This document shows, in pieces, positions 37,314 through 50,342 of a stretch of 64,000 nucleotides of DNA. The notes below the pieces were generated by a model. The model worked only from the letters and a program-made list of their open reading frames with translations, was not told the origin of the DNA and ran no database searches. Both the position numbers and the translations under genes were made by a program. The stretch spans positions 192,001 to 256,000 of the forward strand of contig OZ241867.1 in assembly GCA_965203175.1 (NCBI GenBank). The letters are read 5' to 3'. This stretch comes from Candidatus Latescibacterota bacterium (GTDB lineage Bacteria > Latescibacterota > UBA2968 > UBA8231). Each line of letters starts with the position of its first letter. The stretch's first letter is position 1.

Positions 37314-39134
37314 ATGTCCACCGCTCAACGTCTCGACCTAAGCGAAGTGCGGCCGCAGATTGATGTCGATCCAGCGACTTGCGTCTATCACCGGCTCGCA
37401 CCGGCCAGCGAATTTGCCGCAGGCGAGGGCCGGCCCTTTACCATTGACGGCATTCACCTCGCAGTCTTTCTCTACGAAGGCTCCTTCCACGCCGTTGACA
37501 ATCGCTGTCCGCACATGGGCTATCCCATGTCCAAAGGCAGCATCCGCGACGGAGTGCTGATTTGCCACTGGCACCACTGGGAATTTGACCTAAAGACCGG
37601 CGGCTGCCTGCTGACTTCGGGCGACGACCTGAAAGCCTTTCCCGTGGAGGTGCGCGACGACGGCTACGCATGGGTCGGCATCCCACCCGGCGAGAAGGAG
37701 GAGGCCCGCCTGCGGCTCGTGGCCCGCGGCAAGCGCGCTCTCGAACAGGGGCTCAAAGACCGCAGTTCTTTCCTCATCGCCAAAGCGGTCGCCGCACTCC
37801 GCCAAACGGGTGCCACCCCGCAGGAAATCATCCAACAGGGACTTTACTACGGCGCACACAAAACCAGCGAAGGCTGGTCGTCGGGCGTCGCCATCCTAAC
37901 CCTCGCGGCGAACATGTGGGACGACATCGCCGAGGCCGATCAAAACCTCTTTCTCGTCCACGGTCTGACCCAGATTTCGCGGCGCACCTCCGGCTCGTCG
38001 CGCCGCCAGCGCTTCCCCTTTCCCCGCGCCAATGACGACCAAGACTTGGCCACCCTCAAGCGCTGGTTTCGCACCTTTGTCGATCAGCGGCACCACGGCG
38101 CGGCCGAGCGCATCTTGCTCACCCTGCACGACCGCGACTGCGGCAAGGAAACCCTCGCGGATTTCGTCTTCACCGCGGCCACGGATTTCTACTTCACCGG
38201 CGACGGGCACGCTCTCGACTTTGCCAACAAGATGTTCGAGGCTCTCGACTATGTAGAATGGGTTGGCGCGCACGAGATCCTCCGCCCGATCGCCGTCGAT
38301 TTGGTGAGTCGCACCCGCCACGAAGAGACCTCGCGCTGGGCCGACAGCCTGCCGCTCTTAGAAAGCATTTTCGCACGCCTAGACGAGATCTGGGAGGACA
38401 ATCAGCGCAACGAAGCGACCCTCGACGTCTCCGAGTTCACCCAAGTCATGCTCGGCGACGACTTTGAACCCATCCTCGCCCGCGTCGAAGAAGCCCTGCG
38501 CGCTGGCGTGCCGCCGACCCAACTCTGCCGTGCCATGACCTATGCCAGCGCACAGCGTACCCTGCGCTTCCACCTCAAGAACGAGGGCGACTGGCACGAC
38601 GTGGCCAACATTTATTCCTACGCCCACGCCCTGTACGCGACCTTCCACTACGCCGCCAGCAAAGAGCTGTTGCGCGCCATTTTCCACGGCGCGGTCTTCC
38701 TCACCTACCTGCGCTGGCTCAACATGCCCTCCGCCCGCGTCCCGCAGCACGGGCAGAAGCTCGACGAGCACTTCGCCTCCAGTGAGGACATGCTCAAGCG
38801 CCTCGGCGAACTAGCCGATTTCCAAAAGGTCTTCGAGGCCGAAATCCTCGTCAGCCAGTACCTCGAAGAAGGACGCGACGTCGCCAAGCTCCGCCACGCC
38901 TTGGCCCACATCATGCTCCGCGAAGACGCCGAGCTGCACATGTTCCAAGTGCTCGAAGCCGCGTTCCGGCACTACGACTTGAGCGACGATCCAGAGGAAA
39001 AGCGCGTCCACCTATTGGCGGCGACCCGCTACATCACCGCGCAAAAGGTGATGAAGAACATCCTCTGGGCCACGGAAAACGCCGAGCGGCTCCAGCGCGG
39101 CGAACTGCTCAGCGAGCGCGAAGACGACGATTGA
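37314..39134 (+). CDS. Rieske [2Fe-2S] domain fused to a long helical domain of unknown function
   Basis: CPHMG...CHWHHW Rieske ligands; AGGAGG RBS. Confidence 0.85.
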   Translation: MSTAQRLDLSEVRPQIDVDPATCVYHRLAPASEFAAGEGRPFTIDGIHLAVFLYEGSFHAVDNRCPHMGYPMSKGSIRDGVLICHWHHWEFDLKTGGCLLTSGDDLKAFPVEVRDDGYAWVGIPPGEKEEARLRLVARGKRALEQGLKDRSSFLIAKAVAALRQTGATPQEIIQQGLYYGAHKTSEGWSSGVAILTLAANMWDDIAEADQNLFLVHGLTQISRRTSGSSRRQRFPFPRANDDQDLATLKRWFRTFVDQRHHGAAERILLTLHDRDCGKETLADFVFTAATDFYFTGDGHALDFANKMFEALDYVEWVGAHEILRPIAVDLVSRTRHEETSRWADSLPLLESIFARLDEIWEDNQRNEATLDVSEFTQVMLGDDFEPILARVEEALRAGVPPTQLCRAMTYASAQRTLRFHLKNEGDWHDVANIYSYAHALYATFHYAASKELLRAIFHGAVFLTYLRWLNMPSARVPQHGQKLDEHFASSEDMLKRLGELADFQKVFEAEILVSQYLEEGRDVAKLRHALAHIMLREDAELHMFQVLEAAFRHYDLSDDPEEKRVHLLAATRYITAQKVMKNILWATENAERLQRGELLSEREDDD

Positions 39135-39140
39135 GGAGCG

Positions 39141-42986
<3,846 letters not shown>

Positions 42987-42995
42987 GGTAGCCTC

Positions 42996-44828
42996 CTACT
43001 CGTGGCCGGCGAAGGTCTCGCGCAGGCTGCCGCAACGGTACATCTGGCCGCCGAAGTAGGGATTTTGGGTCTGCATCGCCTGTTGCAGCCAAGCTGCCCC
43101 CTCGTTGTCAAAGGCCATTGGACAGTGAAAAAGATGCACTGGCCCGGCATGGACGCCCCCCTGCCGCGCCACCCGAATCAGCACCGTCGAGAGCTCAGCA
43201 AAGGCTTGGCGGGCCGCGGCGAGATCACCAGCTCCGCTGATCGCGTCTCCGATCTCCTGCGACGCCGGGTGGACCGCGAGCGTTGCGGCGGCGGCCTGTG
43301 CCCCCAACAGATCGTCCTTGCTCAACGCCTGTTGCGTGGCGAAATAGGCCGTCCAGACCGCGGACGGCGGGCCGTGCGCGTGGCCGTTTGGCTCGTCGTC
43401 GCGCTGGTCGGCCCGCGCTGGCGCATTCATCATGCTCGGCTGGGCGCGGATCTGGAGGGCACTGTCGATTTTGAACGCGCCATTGATCACCACTTGTTCT
43501 CCCTCGCGCAGACCCTCGCGGACCAAGTAGTAATCCCCAGCCCGCGGCCCGAGTACGACCTCGCGGCCCTCGTATAGGCCCTCGCCGAGCGCGACGTACA
43601 CCACGGCGCGTTTGCCCGTCAGCAGTGGTGCCGAAGCTGGCACCACCAGTGGCATCTCGCGCTCCGCCTCGTCGCCAGTGTCATACAACTCTTCGGCGCG
43701 CACTAGGGCCATGCCGCAAATGTCGCAGGCACCGGGCGCGTCGCGGACGATCTCTGGGTGCATCGGGCTGATCCACTTGCCCTTGAGCGCGGGCGACATA
43801 GCGCGCCCGTGGGCTCCGACCTCGGCTTGGGCCACGGCCCACACCAACATCCCCGGCTTCAGCCGACCTTGCTCGTTGGCCACGTTGACTCGCACGCGCA
43901 CCGTACGCGTGCGCTCGTCCAGCACTGGATCGACGAAGGATATTTGGCCGCTGAACACCTCGCCCGGATAGGCTTCGGCCGAGAATTCAACGGCCTGGCC
44001 GTAGTGGATCCAAGATATATCCGATTCGTAGGCGCGGAGTTCCAACCACAGCCGCGACAAGTCCGCAATGGTGTAAATCGGCGTCCCAGTCTGCACGTAC
44101 GCGCCCTCGCTGAGGTGCTTTTCTATCACCACGCCGCCGGTTGGCGCGTAAATCGTCAGATGGTCGGAGGCTTGGCGCTCGCGCTCGACGCGCTCGATTT
44201 GCTCCTCCTTCAGCCCGAGCAGACGCAGCTTTTCGCGCGCAGCCTCGACCGTCGCTTGCGCCGTCTGCCCAACGGACGTGCCGCTGTCAACCAAGCGCTC
44301 GCGGGCGCGCAGGGCCTGAATCAGCTCCTCTTGAGCGGTCAACAACTCGGGGCTGTAGAGATAGGCTATGTGGTCGCCCTTTTCGACTCGCACGCCCGTG
44401 TAGTCCACATACAGCCGGTCAATCCGGCCCGCTACCCAAGCGGTAATAGAGCGAACTTGCGTCTCATCTACCGCAATCTTACCGACCATCCGCGTCTCGA
44501 CCGGCGCGAAGCGGCGCTCGACCGGCGCGGTCTGGATGCTGGCAAGCTCCTGCGCGGCCGGCGAGAGACGCAACTGGCGCGGGGCCAAAATGTCGCCAGC
44601 CTCGGGCGCGGCCACCGGGATTAGGTCCATTCCGCATATTGGACAGTGACCCGGCTTAGGCTGGCGGATCTGCGGGTGCATTGAGCAGGTCCACGTTTCG
44701 CCCTGCTCGACGACTGCGGCGGGTGCATGTCCGCTGGGTGCATCCGAACCGCTCAAACCCCAGCCTACGGCCAAGCCGACGATCCCCGCCACGATACCGG
44801 TAGCTATTATTTGTTTCGTTGCTTTCAT
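42996..44828 (-). CDS. cusB: CusB-family membrane fusion protein with heavy-metal-binding domains and a C-terminal DUF3347-like region
   Basis: WTCSMHP...CPICGMDL; YSPEL; LKPGM; SPMHP...CDICGMAL; HCPMA...NPYFG.MYRCG. Confidence 0.9.
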   Translation of the reverse strand: MKATKQIIATGIVAGIVGLAVGWGLSGSDAPSGHAPAAVVEQGETWTCSMHPQIRQPKPGHCPICGMDLIPVAAPEAGDILAPRQLRLSPAAQELASIQTAPVERRFAPVETRMVGKIAVDETQVRSITAWVAGRIDRLYVDYTGVRVEKGDHIAYLYSPELLTAQEELIQALRARERLVDSGTSVGQTAQATVEAAREKLRLLGLKEEQIERVERERQASDHLTIYAPTGGVVIEKHLSEGAYVQTGTPIYTIADLSRLWLELRAYESDISWIHYGQAVEFSAEAYPGEVFSGQISFVDPVLDERTRTVRVRVNVANEQGRLKPGMLVWAVAQAEVGAHGRAMSPALKGKWISPMHPEIVRDAPGACDICGMALVRAEELYDTGDEAEREMPLVVPASAPLLTGKRAVVYVALGEGLYEGREVVLGPRAGDYYLVREGLREGEQVVINGAFKIDSALQIRAQPSMMNAPARADQRDDEPNGHAHGPPSAVWTAYFATQQALSKDDLLGAQAAAATLAVHPASQEIGDAISGAGDLAAARQAFAELSTVLIRVARQGGVHAGPVHLFHCPMAFDNEGAAWLQQAMQTQNPYFGGQMYRCGSLRETFAGHE

Positions 44829-46084
44829 GGTTGGATTTCCTCCGTGGGTTCGCCGACCAGCTTTTCAATCTCGGCCCAATGCAAGGCTTGGTCGGTCTGC
44901 GCCCGTTCGTACGCTAGCTGGAACTCCAGCAGAGTGCGTTGGGCGTCAATGACCGCGAGAAAATCACTGCGGTCGGCGGCAAAGGCGCGCTGCGTTACGT
45001 TGAGCGCCTGTTCGGCCTTGGGCAGCAAGCTGTCCCGGTAGAGAGCACTGCGGCTTTGGGCGTCGCGCTGCTTGTACAAGGCCAGTTCCAGTTCGGCAAC
45101 GAGCCTATTCTCCTCGTCCGCAACGCCCTGCACGGCGGCCTGATGGCTCAGTTTGGCCGCGCGTTCTCCGGCCTCGTAGGACGAGCGCCACAAGGGCAGG
45201 TTGAGCGAGGCCATGGCCATCAGCGGATTCTCGCCCCGGTCGCCGATGTGGATGTAATCGAGGCTCACGGTCAGGTCCGGGTAGAACTGCTTGCCGGCCA
45301 ATTCGACGCCTAGGGACTGCGCCCGCGCTTGCGTGTGCCGCATTTGCAGCGTCGGGTTCGCGGCCTGCAAGCGCGCCTTTAGCACTTCTTCGTCTAAGTC
45401 CAACGCAGCCATGGGCAGCGAATCGGGCACAGCTATTGGCGCGGTCGCCGCGCGGCCGAGCGCCGCATTTAACCGGGCTGCGGTTGGCCGCCGCTGCTGA
45501 CGCAAGCTGCGCAGTTGATCCTCTAAGCGCCCCAATTCTACCTGCGCCTTGAGAACTGGGGCGTGCTCTCCGGTGCCGCCGCGATAGCGGGTCCGGCCTA
45601 CTTCTTCTAGGTGAGCCAACAGGCGCAAGTTGCCCTCGGTGACGGCAATGGCTCGCTCCAAAAAGTAGCAGTCGTAGTACGCGGCCTTGACCTCGAAAAT
45701 CAGCGACCGCCGAGTGGCCTCATAGCGCTGGCTCTCGACTACGGCCTCTTGCTGGGCGATCCGTCCCTTGAGGTCCAGCTTGCCCTTCCACGGGAAGGTT
45801 TGCGCCGCGCTAAAGCGCATTTCCTGCGGGCCAGTGCGCGTCTCTACCGGGCGCGCGAAATAGCCGTAGGTCAGGCGGGGATCGACCCAAGCGCTCGCCG
45901 AGGGCACCTTTGCTAGGGCGGCTTGGTAGCGCGTCAAAGCCTGCTTGAGCTTAGGGTTGTGCTGTTCAGCGTAGCGCACGTATTCCGCGAGTTCGGCACG
46001 GGAATCGAACGCTGCTTCTTCCTGCGACCAAACCGGTCCTGCGAGCAGACTAGCTAGCAGCAGGACCATTTTATTTTTGAACAT
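44825..46084 (-). CDS. TolC/CusC-family outer-membrane efflux protein
   Basis: Signal peptide; QTFPWKGK, VKAAYYD, YPDLTV, LNLPLW, DAQRTLL; ATGA overlap with cusB. Confidence 0.88.
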   Translation of the reverse strand: MFKNKMVLLLASLLAGPVWSQEEAAFDSRAELAEYVRYAEQHNPKLKQALTRYQAALAKVPSASAWVDPRLTYGYFARPVETRTGPQEMRFSAAQTFPWKGKLDLKGRIAQQEAVVESQRYEATRRSLIFEVKAAYYDCYFLERAIAVTEGNLRLLAHLEEVGRTRYRGGTGEHAPVLKAQVELGRLEDQLRSLRQQRRPTAARLNAALGRAATAPIAVPDSLPMAALDLDEEVLKARLQAANPTLQMRHTQARAQSLGVELAGKQFYPDLTVSLDYIHIGDRGENPLMAMASLNLPLWRSSYEAGERAAKLSHQAAVQGVADEENRLVAELELALYKQRDAQSRSALYRDSLLPKAEQALNVTQRAFAADRSDFLAVIDAQRTLLEFQLAYERAQTDQALHWAEIEKLVGEPTEEIQP

Positions 46085-46231
46085 GCAAATACTCCTCGCC
46101 GCGCGGAGATCTGGGATTCGCGCACAGACCTCCGCAAATTGAGTGGAGTGTGAGACTTAGAAGCGTCTGGAAATTTCCGGGTATGCCCTAAGCTCGGACA
46201 GCTTCTTAGGACACACTCAGTGCGGCGAGAA

Positions 46232-46588
46232 TCAGATCAGGAAGGAGCAGTAGAGTTGGAAGAGCGGGGGATGTGGTTTGGGAATGCGGTTGGGCAGCGA
46301 CCGTAGCGCAGCCGAACGAGGCGGCAGCAAAGTGGTCGCCACTATTCCAATCGCGGGCGTTGAAACGGATGGCTGCTCGGCTGGGGGAACAAACGGAGGA
46401 GACGCGCTGTTGGATTCTGCACGCAGACAGCAACAACCCGCTTGCAGGCCCTCCTCGCCACAGGCATTGGCGACATGGCAGGGCATCGGGGCGGCCTCTG
46501 CAATAGGAGCACAGAGAACCTGCAAGCCGCTACAGGCAAAAGCCAGCAGCAGGACTAAAGACGCAGTTATGGGTCGAAAGTTTTTCAT
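46232..46588 (-). CDS. Small exported Cys/Pro-rich protein upstream of the cus operon
   Basis: Signal-like N-terminus; PCH...C...GCCC; C-terminal PKPHPPLFQLYCSFLI. Confidence 0.65.
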   Translation of the reverse strand: MKNFRPITASLVLLLAFACSGLQVLCAPIAEAAPMPCHVANACGEEGLQAGCCCLRAESNSASPPFVPPAEQPSVSTPAIGIVATTLLPPRSAALRSLPNRIPKPHPPLFQLYCSFLI

Positions 46589-46627
46589 TAGCAATCAATC
46601 GCTCGGCAGAAGGCCGAGTACGCAAAT

Positions 46628-46656
46628 AGACTACGGACCGAATAAAGAAGTTTCAA
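46628..46656 (-). promoter_or_regulatory. sigma70-type promoter for the Cys-rich ORF and cusCBA
   Basis: Minus strand TTGAAA-17 nt-TAGTCT, about 40 nt upstream of ATG 46588. Confidence 0.55.
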
Positions 46657-46682
46657 CAGAATTAGCGCAAGCGCAAAATTCG

Positions 46683-47399
46683 CTACTTGGACACCATCTT
46701 GCGCACGCCGCGCTCGTACACCACTTCGTACTCGCCCTCCGGCACCTCCATATTCCGCACGGCCAATTCGCCCATCGTCACCATTGGCTCAGACTTCAAT
46801 AGCAGTTCGTCGAACGACTCCTCGGGCGTCTTGCCGGTGGTGTCTAAGACGATTGTGCGGTTCTGATGGCTAAACAGCGACGCGGCGATTTCTTCCCCAA
46901 AGCGCGCTTTGACCTCGGCAATGTGTTCTTGGCGCACGACCGGATATTCGTGCGGGCTGTCCTGCATCCGCCGCGCGATTTCCTCGTCAGAGGCCGTTAC
47001 GTGGAATAGCACCACATCGGGCAGATGGGCCTCTAACACCAGCGATTCGTAGAGCCGCTGAAAGCCGTAGTGGAAGTTCGGGTAGTAAAAGCTATTCGGG
47101 TCGTCGCCGTAAAAACTGGTGTACACGGCCTCCTCTAAATGCCAGCCGACGATCAGCGGACAGGCGTACTTTTTGATGATGTCCACGTGGTAGTGGATCT
47201 GCATCCGCTGCCCGCGCTCCTTTATGTCGTTGGGCAGGCCGACCAAGATCTTGCGCGACTCTGGGCTGAGCGAGGCGTCGGGGAGGGTGAAGTGATCGTC
47301 GCCGTGGATGGGGACTCGCCGGTGCCGGTAGTACTCCCCAAGCATAGTGGCCAGCGTGCTTTTCCCTGCGTATTCAATACCTGCAAAAATGCTGCGCAT
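46683..47399 (-). CDS. P-loop NMP-kinase-like protein
   Basis: GIEYAGKST Walker A at the N-terminus; VTASDEEIARRM lid-like segment; LDTTGKTPEE. Confidence 0.7.
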   Translation of the reverse strand: MRSIFAGIEYAGKSTLATMLGEYYRHRRVPIHGDDHFTLPDASLSPESRKILVGLPNDIKERGQRMQIHYHVDIIKKYACPLIVGWHLEEAVYTSFYGDDPNSFYYPNFHYGFQRLYESLVLEAHLPDVVLFHVTASDEEIARRMQDSPHEYPVVRQEHIAEVKARFGEEIAASLFSHQNRTIVLDTTGKTPEESFDELLLKSEPMVTMGELAVRNMEVPEGEYEVVYERGVRKMVSK

Positions 47400-47488
47400 G
47401 TCTGCTCTCCTTTGGGCTTTTCAAGACGGCGTTCTCGGATATATTCTCAAAAGTAAGTCGCCGCACATCCTCCAGCAAACGCCCGCTT

Positions 47489-48505
47489 ATGCCCGCTAGC
47501 TCTTCCAAAATCGGCGTCCTCGTCGCCCAGCTCGGCACGCCGCAAGCACCGACCGCCCGCGCCCTGCGACCCTATCTGCGCCAATTTCTCTCCGACCCGC
47601 GCGTCATCGACCTCCACCCGCTCAGGTGGTATCCCATCCTCTATCTCTTTGTCCTCACCCGCCGACCCGCGCGCTCGGCCGCCCTGTACGCCAATATCTG
47701 GACCGACAAAGGCTCGCCTCTCATGGTCCATTCCCAAGCGCAGACCCGCGGCTTGCAAGAGCGGTTGGGCGCGGCGTATCGAGTCGTGCTCGGCATGCGC
47801 TACGGCGAGCCGAGCATCAAGCGCGCCGTACAGTCCCTAGAAAGTGAAGGCATCGAGCGCATCCTCGTCTTTCCCATGTTCCCGCAGTTTTCCTGCGCCA
47901 CCACCGGCTCGATCTATGACGCGGTCAACCGCGCGGCCTTGGGCAGACGCTGCCCTTGGTTTTTCGACCGCAAACGCCAAATGCCGGTGCTGCGTTTCGT
48001 CCCTCCCTACGCAGACCATCCCGCGTACATCAACGCGCTCAAACAGTCGGTCGCCGAAGCAGTCGCCCGCCTCAGTTGGACGCCCGACCGCTACCTAATC
48101 ACTTTCCACGGCATTCCCCAACGCTACGTCGATGAAGGCGATCCATACCGCCGCCAGTGCGAAGAAACCGCGCGCCAGCTGGCCACAGCGCTTGGCCTCG
48201 CAGACGACGAGTGGGTCAGCGGCTTCCAGTCGCGCTTCGGCAAAGAGCCTTGGCTAGAGCCTTATACCGAGGAAGTCCTAGAACGCCTCGGGGGGCAGGG
48301 CGTGCGCCGCTTAGTCGCCATCTGCCCCGGCTTCACCGCCGATTGCCTCGAAACGCTCGACGAGATTGGCCGCGAAGGAGCCGAGCAATTTTCCCACGGG
48401 GGCGGCCAGCAGTTCCACTTAGTGCCCTGCCTCAACAACCACCCGGCTTGGCTCGATGCTATGGCAGCCATCGCCCGCCAAGAACTGGCCGGTTGGGATG
48501 CCTGA
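47489..48505 (+). CDS. hemH: Ferrochelatase
   Basis: QLGTP, FLSDPRV, MRYGEP, FHGIP, GDPY, FQSRFG, WLEPYT, DCLETLDEI. Confidence 0.96.
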   Translation: MPASSSKIGVLVAQLGTPQAPTARALRPYLRQFLSDPRVIDLHPLRWYPILYLFVLTRRPARSAALYANIWTDKGSPLMVHSQAQTRGLQERLGAAYRVVLGMRYGEPSIKRAVQSLESEGIERILVFPMFPQFSCATTGSIYDAVNRAALGRRCPWFFDRKRQMPVLRFVPPYADHPAYINALKQSVAEAVARLSWTPDRYLITFHGIPQRYVDEGDPYRRQCEETARQLATALGLADDEWVSGFQSRFGKEPWLEPYTEEVLERLGGQGVRRLVAICPGFTADCLETLDEIGREGAEQFSHGGGQQFHLVPCLNNHPAWLDAMAAIARQELAGWDA

Positions 48506-48553
48506 CAGCAATGTGTCATTTACTTGACACTTTTGTGTCTTTTTTGTCATACT
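48503..48553 (+). promoter_or_regulatory. Tandem TGACA-N6-TGTC(A/T) palindromes overlapping a TTGACA -35 element
   Basis: TGACAGCAATGTGTCA (48503-48518) and TGACACTTTTGTGTCT (48525-48540); TTGACA at 48524; CATACT at 48548. Confidence 0.5.
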
Positions 48554-48568
48554 TAGCGCGGCTCTGTT

Positions 48569-49678
48569 ATGGACAAGCTACACCCCGCGCTCGAACGCAA
48601 ACTCATCCGACTCGGCACTCGTCTCATCGATCAAAAACGCGGCCGACGCCTCATCGAACCGACCAAAGACCGAGCTGGCTTCTGGTTTGGCGGCGGCAAT
48701 TCGGTCCGCGACCCCAGCGATGGTAGCCTCTATCTCATCGGCCGCTACCGCGATGCCGGCGACAGCCGCACCGGGCTGACCGCTGGCCCTCGAGGCCGCG
48801 CTCTGTCCATCTTTCGCTCGACGGACAATGGACGCAGTTTTGCCGAGGTTCGCACTTGGGACAAATCCGACCTCTACTGCGGCTCGGCCGTGCTCAGCAT
48901 TGAGGGCAGCGCTCTGCACCTCAACAAGCGCCGCGTTCAAGTGCTGGTCTCCACCGAGAAAGTCCGCCTCTATCCGCGGGCCGTCGCCGCTTTTCAGAAG
49001 CCGGGCACCGGTGTCTGGAGCATCGACACCTTCTCCGCCACCTCCATCGGCCAGCTCGACTCACAGGAGTCGATTCCCCCGCTGCTGACCAGCGACGACC
49101 CAGCCTATTTGCACCTCAAAGACCCCCACCTCTCGCCCGGGATGGGTCGGCGGCCCCTGCTCCTCTATTGCGCCCATCCGTACACTTGGTCTGCCAGCAC
49201 TTCGGGCCACGGCGTGCTCGCGGCCGACTCGTGCGAGAGCCACGGCCATGACTTCTTTCCCCGCGGCCCGACCTGGGACGTGGCAGCCTTGCGCGTCACC
49301 TGCCGCTTGCCCGTGCCCAAGCTGGGCGAATTCGCTCATTTGCCCTCGCTCTCACTCTATTTCTACGACGGGGCCGAATCCATGCACCCACTTAAAGCGC
49401 ATGAAAAGGGGGTCGTCCGGCCGCGCGGCTACTCCTGCGAGGAATTGGGCGGCTTGGCGTATGGCTTTGATCGCCAGTTCCCGCGCCTTCACCGCCTCAG
49501 CCACCTCCAGCCGCTCTTCGTCTCGCCGGAAGGCACGGGATGCTCGCGCTACGCGTCCGTGCTGACAGAAGCAGACGGAGGGCTTTTCGCCACTTGGCAG
49601 CGCTCGACCCCCACCCGCTCGCAGCCGCTTTTCGGCCACCGGCTCACACCAGCGCGGGTTGAGTCTCTACTTTCCTGA
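48569..49678 (+). CDS. Hypothetical protein with an Asp-box (BNR) motif, probable beta-propeller glycoside hydrolase-like
   Basis: FRSTDNGRSF Asp-box; LKDP and RY motifs seen in 5/6-bladed propeller enzymes; no signal peptide. Confidence 0.55.
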   Translation: MDKLHPALERKLIRLGTRLIDQKRGRRLIEPTKDRAGFWFGGGNSVRDPSDGSLYLIGRYRDAGDSRTGLTAGPRGRALSIFRSTDNGRSFAEVRTWDKSDLYCGSAVLSIEGSALHLNKRRVQVLVSTEKVRLYPRAVAAFQKPGTGVWSIDTFSATSIGQLDSQESIPPLLTSDDPAYLHLKDPHLSPGMGRRPLLLYCAHPYTWSASTSGHGVLAADSCESHGHDFFPRGPTWDVAALRVTCRLPVPKLGEFAHLPSLSLYFYDGAESMHPLKAHEKGVVRPRGYSCEELGGLAYGFDRQFPRLHRLSHLQPLFVSPEGTGCSRYASVLTEADGGLFATWQRSTPTRSQPLFGHRLTPARVESLLS

Positions 49679-49684
49679 AATTTG

Positions 49685-50335
49685 CTAAGGGGTATCCAAG
49701 CGCGCCCGTAGCCAAGCGTCCAAGTCCTCTAAGCACGGCTGGGCAATCGCGTGGGGCATGTCGTATTCTTTGTACTGCAAGTCCAGCCCGAAGGGAGCAA
49801 GCAAGTCTCTGGAGGCGCGGGCTTGGGCAATGGGAATGATCGGATCAAAGCGCCCGTGCGACATAAAAACCTTCAGGCCCTGCACCGACGCCGCATCCTG
49901 CGGCAACATCTCTGGACAGCACAGCCCACTCAATGCGATGACCCCGGCAAATTCCCGAGGCCGCTTTAGCGCGGCTGCCAGCGCCATGCTCGCCCCTTGG
50001 CTGAACCCCGCGATGAAGACGCGAGTGGGCCAGTGTTCTTGCCGCAGCGCATCCACCAAGGACAAGACCTGCACTAAGGGTTCTTCGGCCTCGGCAAAAG
50101 CAAAGCGCACTCCCTCCGCGACGATCTCGACATTAAACCATGCAAAGCCGCCAAAATCGAGCGCGTAGGGCGCGCGGGCACTGACGCAAACAAGCCGCGT
50201 ATCCAAGTACGGTGCCAAGCCCAGCAGATCCTCCTCATTAGCACCATAGCCGTGCAAAAGTAGAAGCAGCGGCGCACCTTCGGGGGGCGCGTCGGGCGAC
50301 TTGTGGACGACGTGGTAGAGAGATTCTGTGGTCAT
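49685..50335 (-). CDS. Phospholipase/carboxylesterase (alpha/beta hydrolase)
   Basis: LLHGYG, GFSQG nucleophile elbow, HGRFDP, MPH. Confidence 0.92.
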   Translation of the reverse strand: MTTESLYHVVHKSPDAPPEGAPLLLLLHGYGANEEDLLGLAPYLDTRLVCVSARAPYALDFGGFAWFNVEIVAEGVRFAFAEAEEPLVQVLSLVDALRQEHWPTRVFIAGFSQGASMALAAALKRPREFAGVIALSGLCCPEMLPQDAASVQGLKVFMSHGRFDPIIPIAQARASRDLLAPFGLDLQYKEYDMPHAIAQPCLEDLDAWLRARLDTP

Positions 50336-50342
50336 GTGGCTA

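Noticed and set aside
46232-46588. RiPP precursor or metallothionein
   Set aside because: No modifying enzymes nearby, and the signal-like N-terminus and modest Cys content fit a leader or exported protein better.
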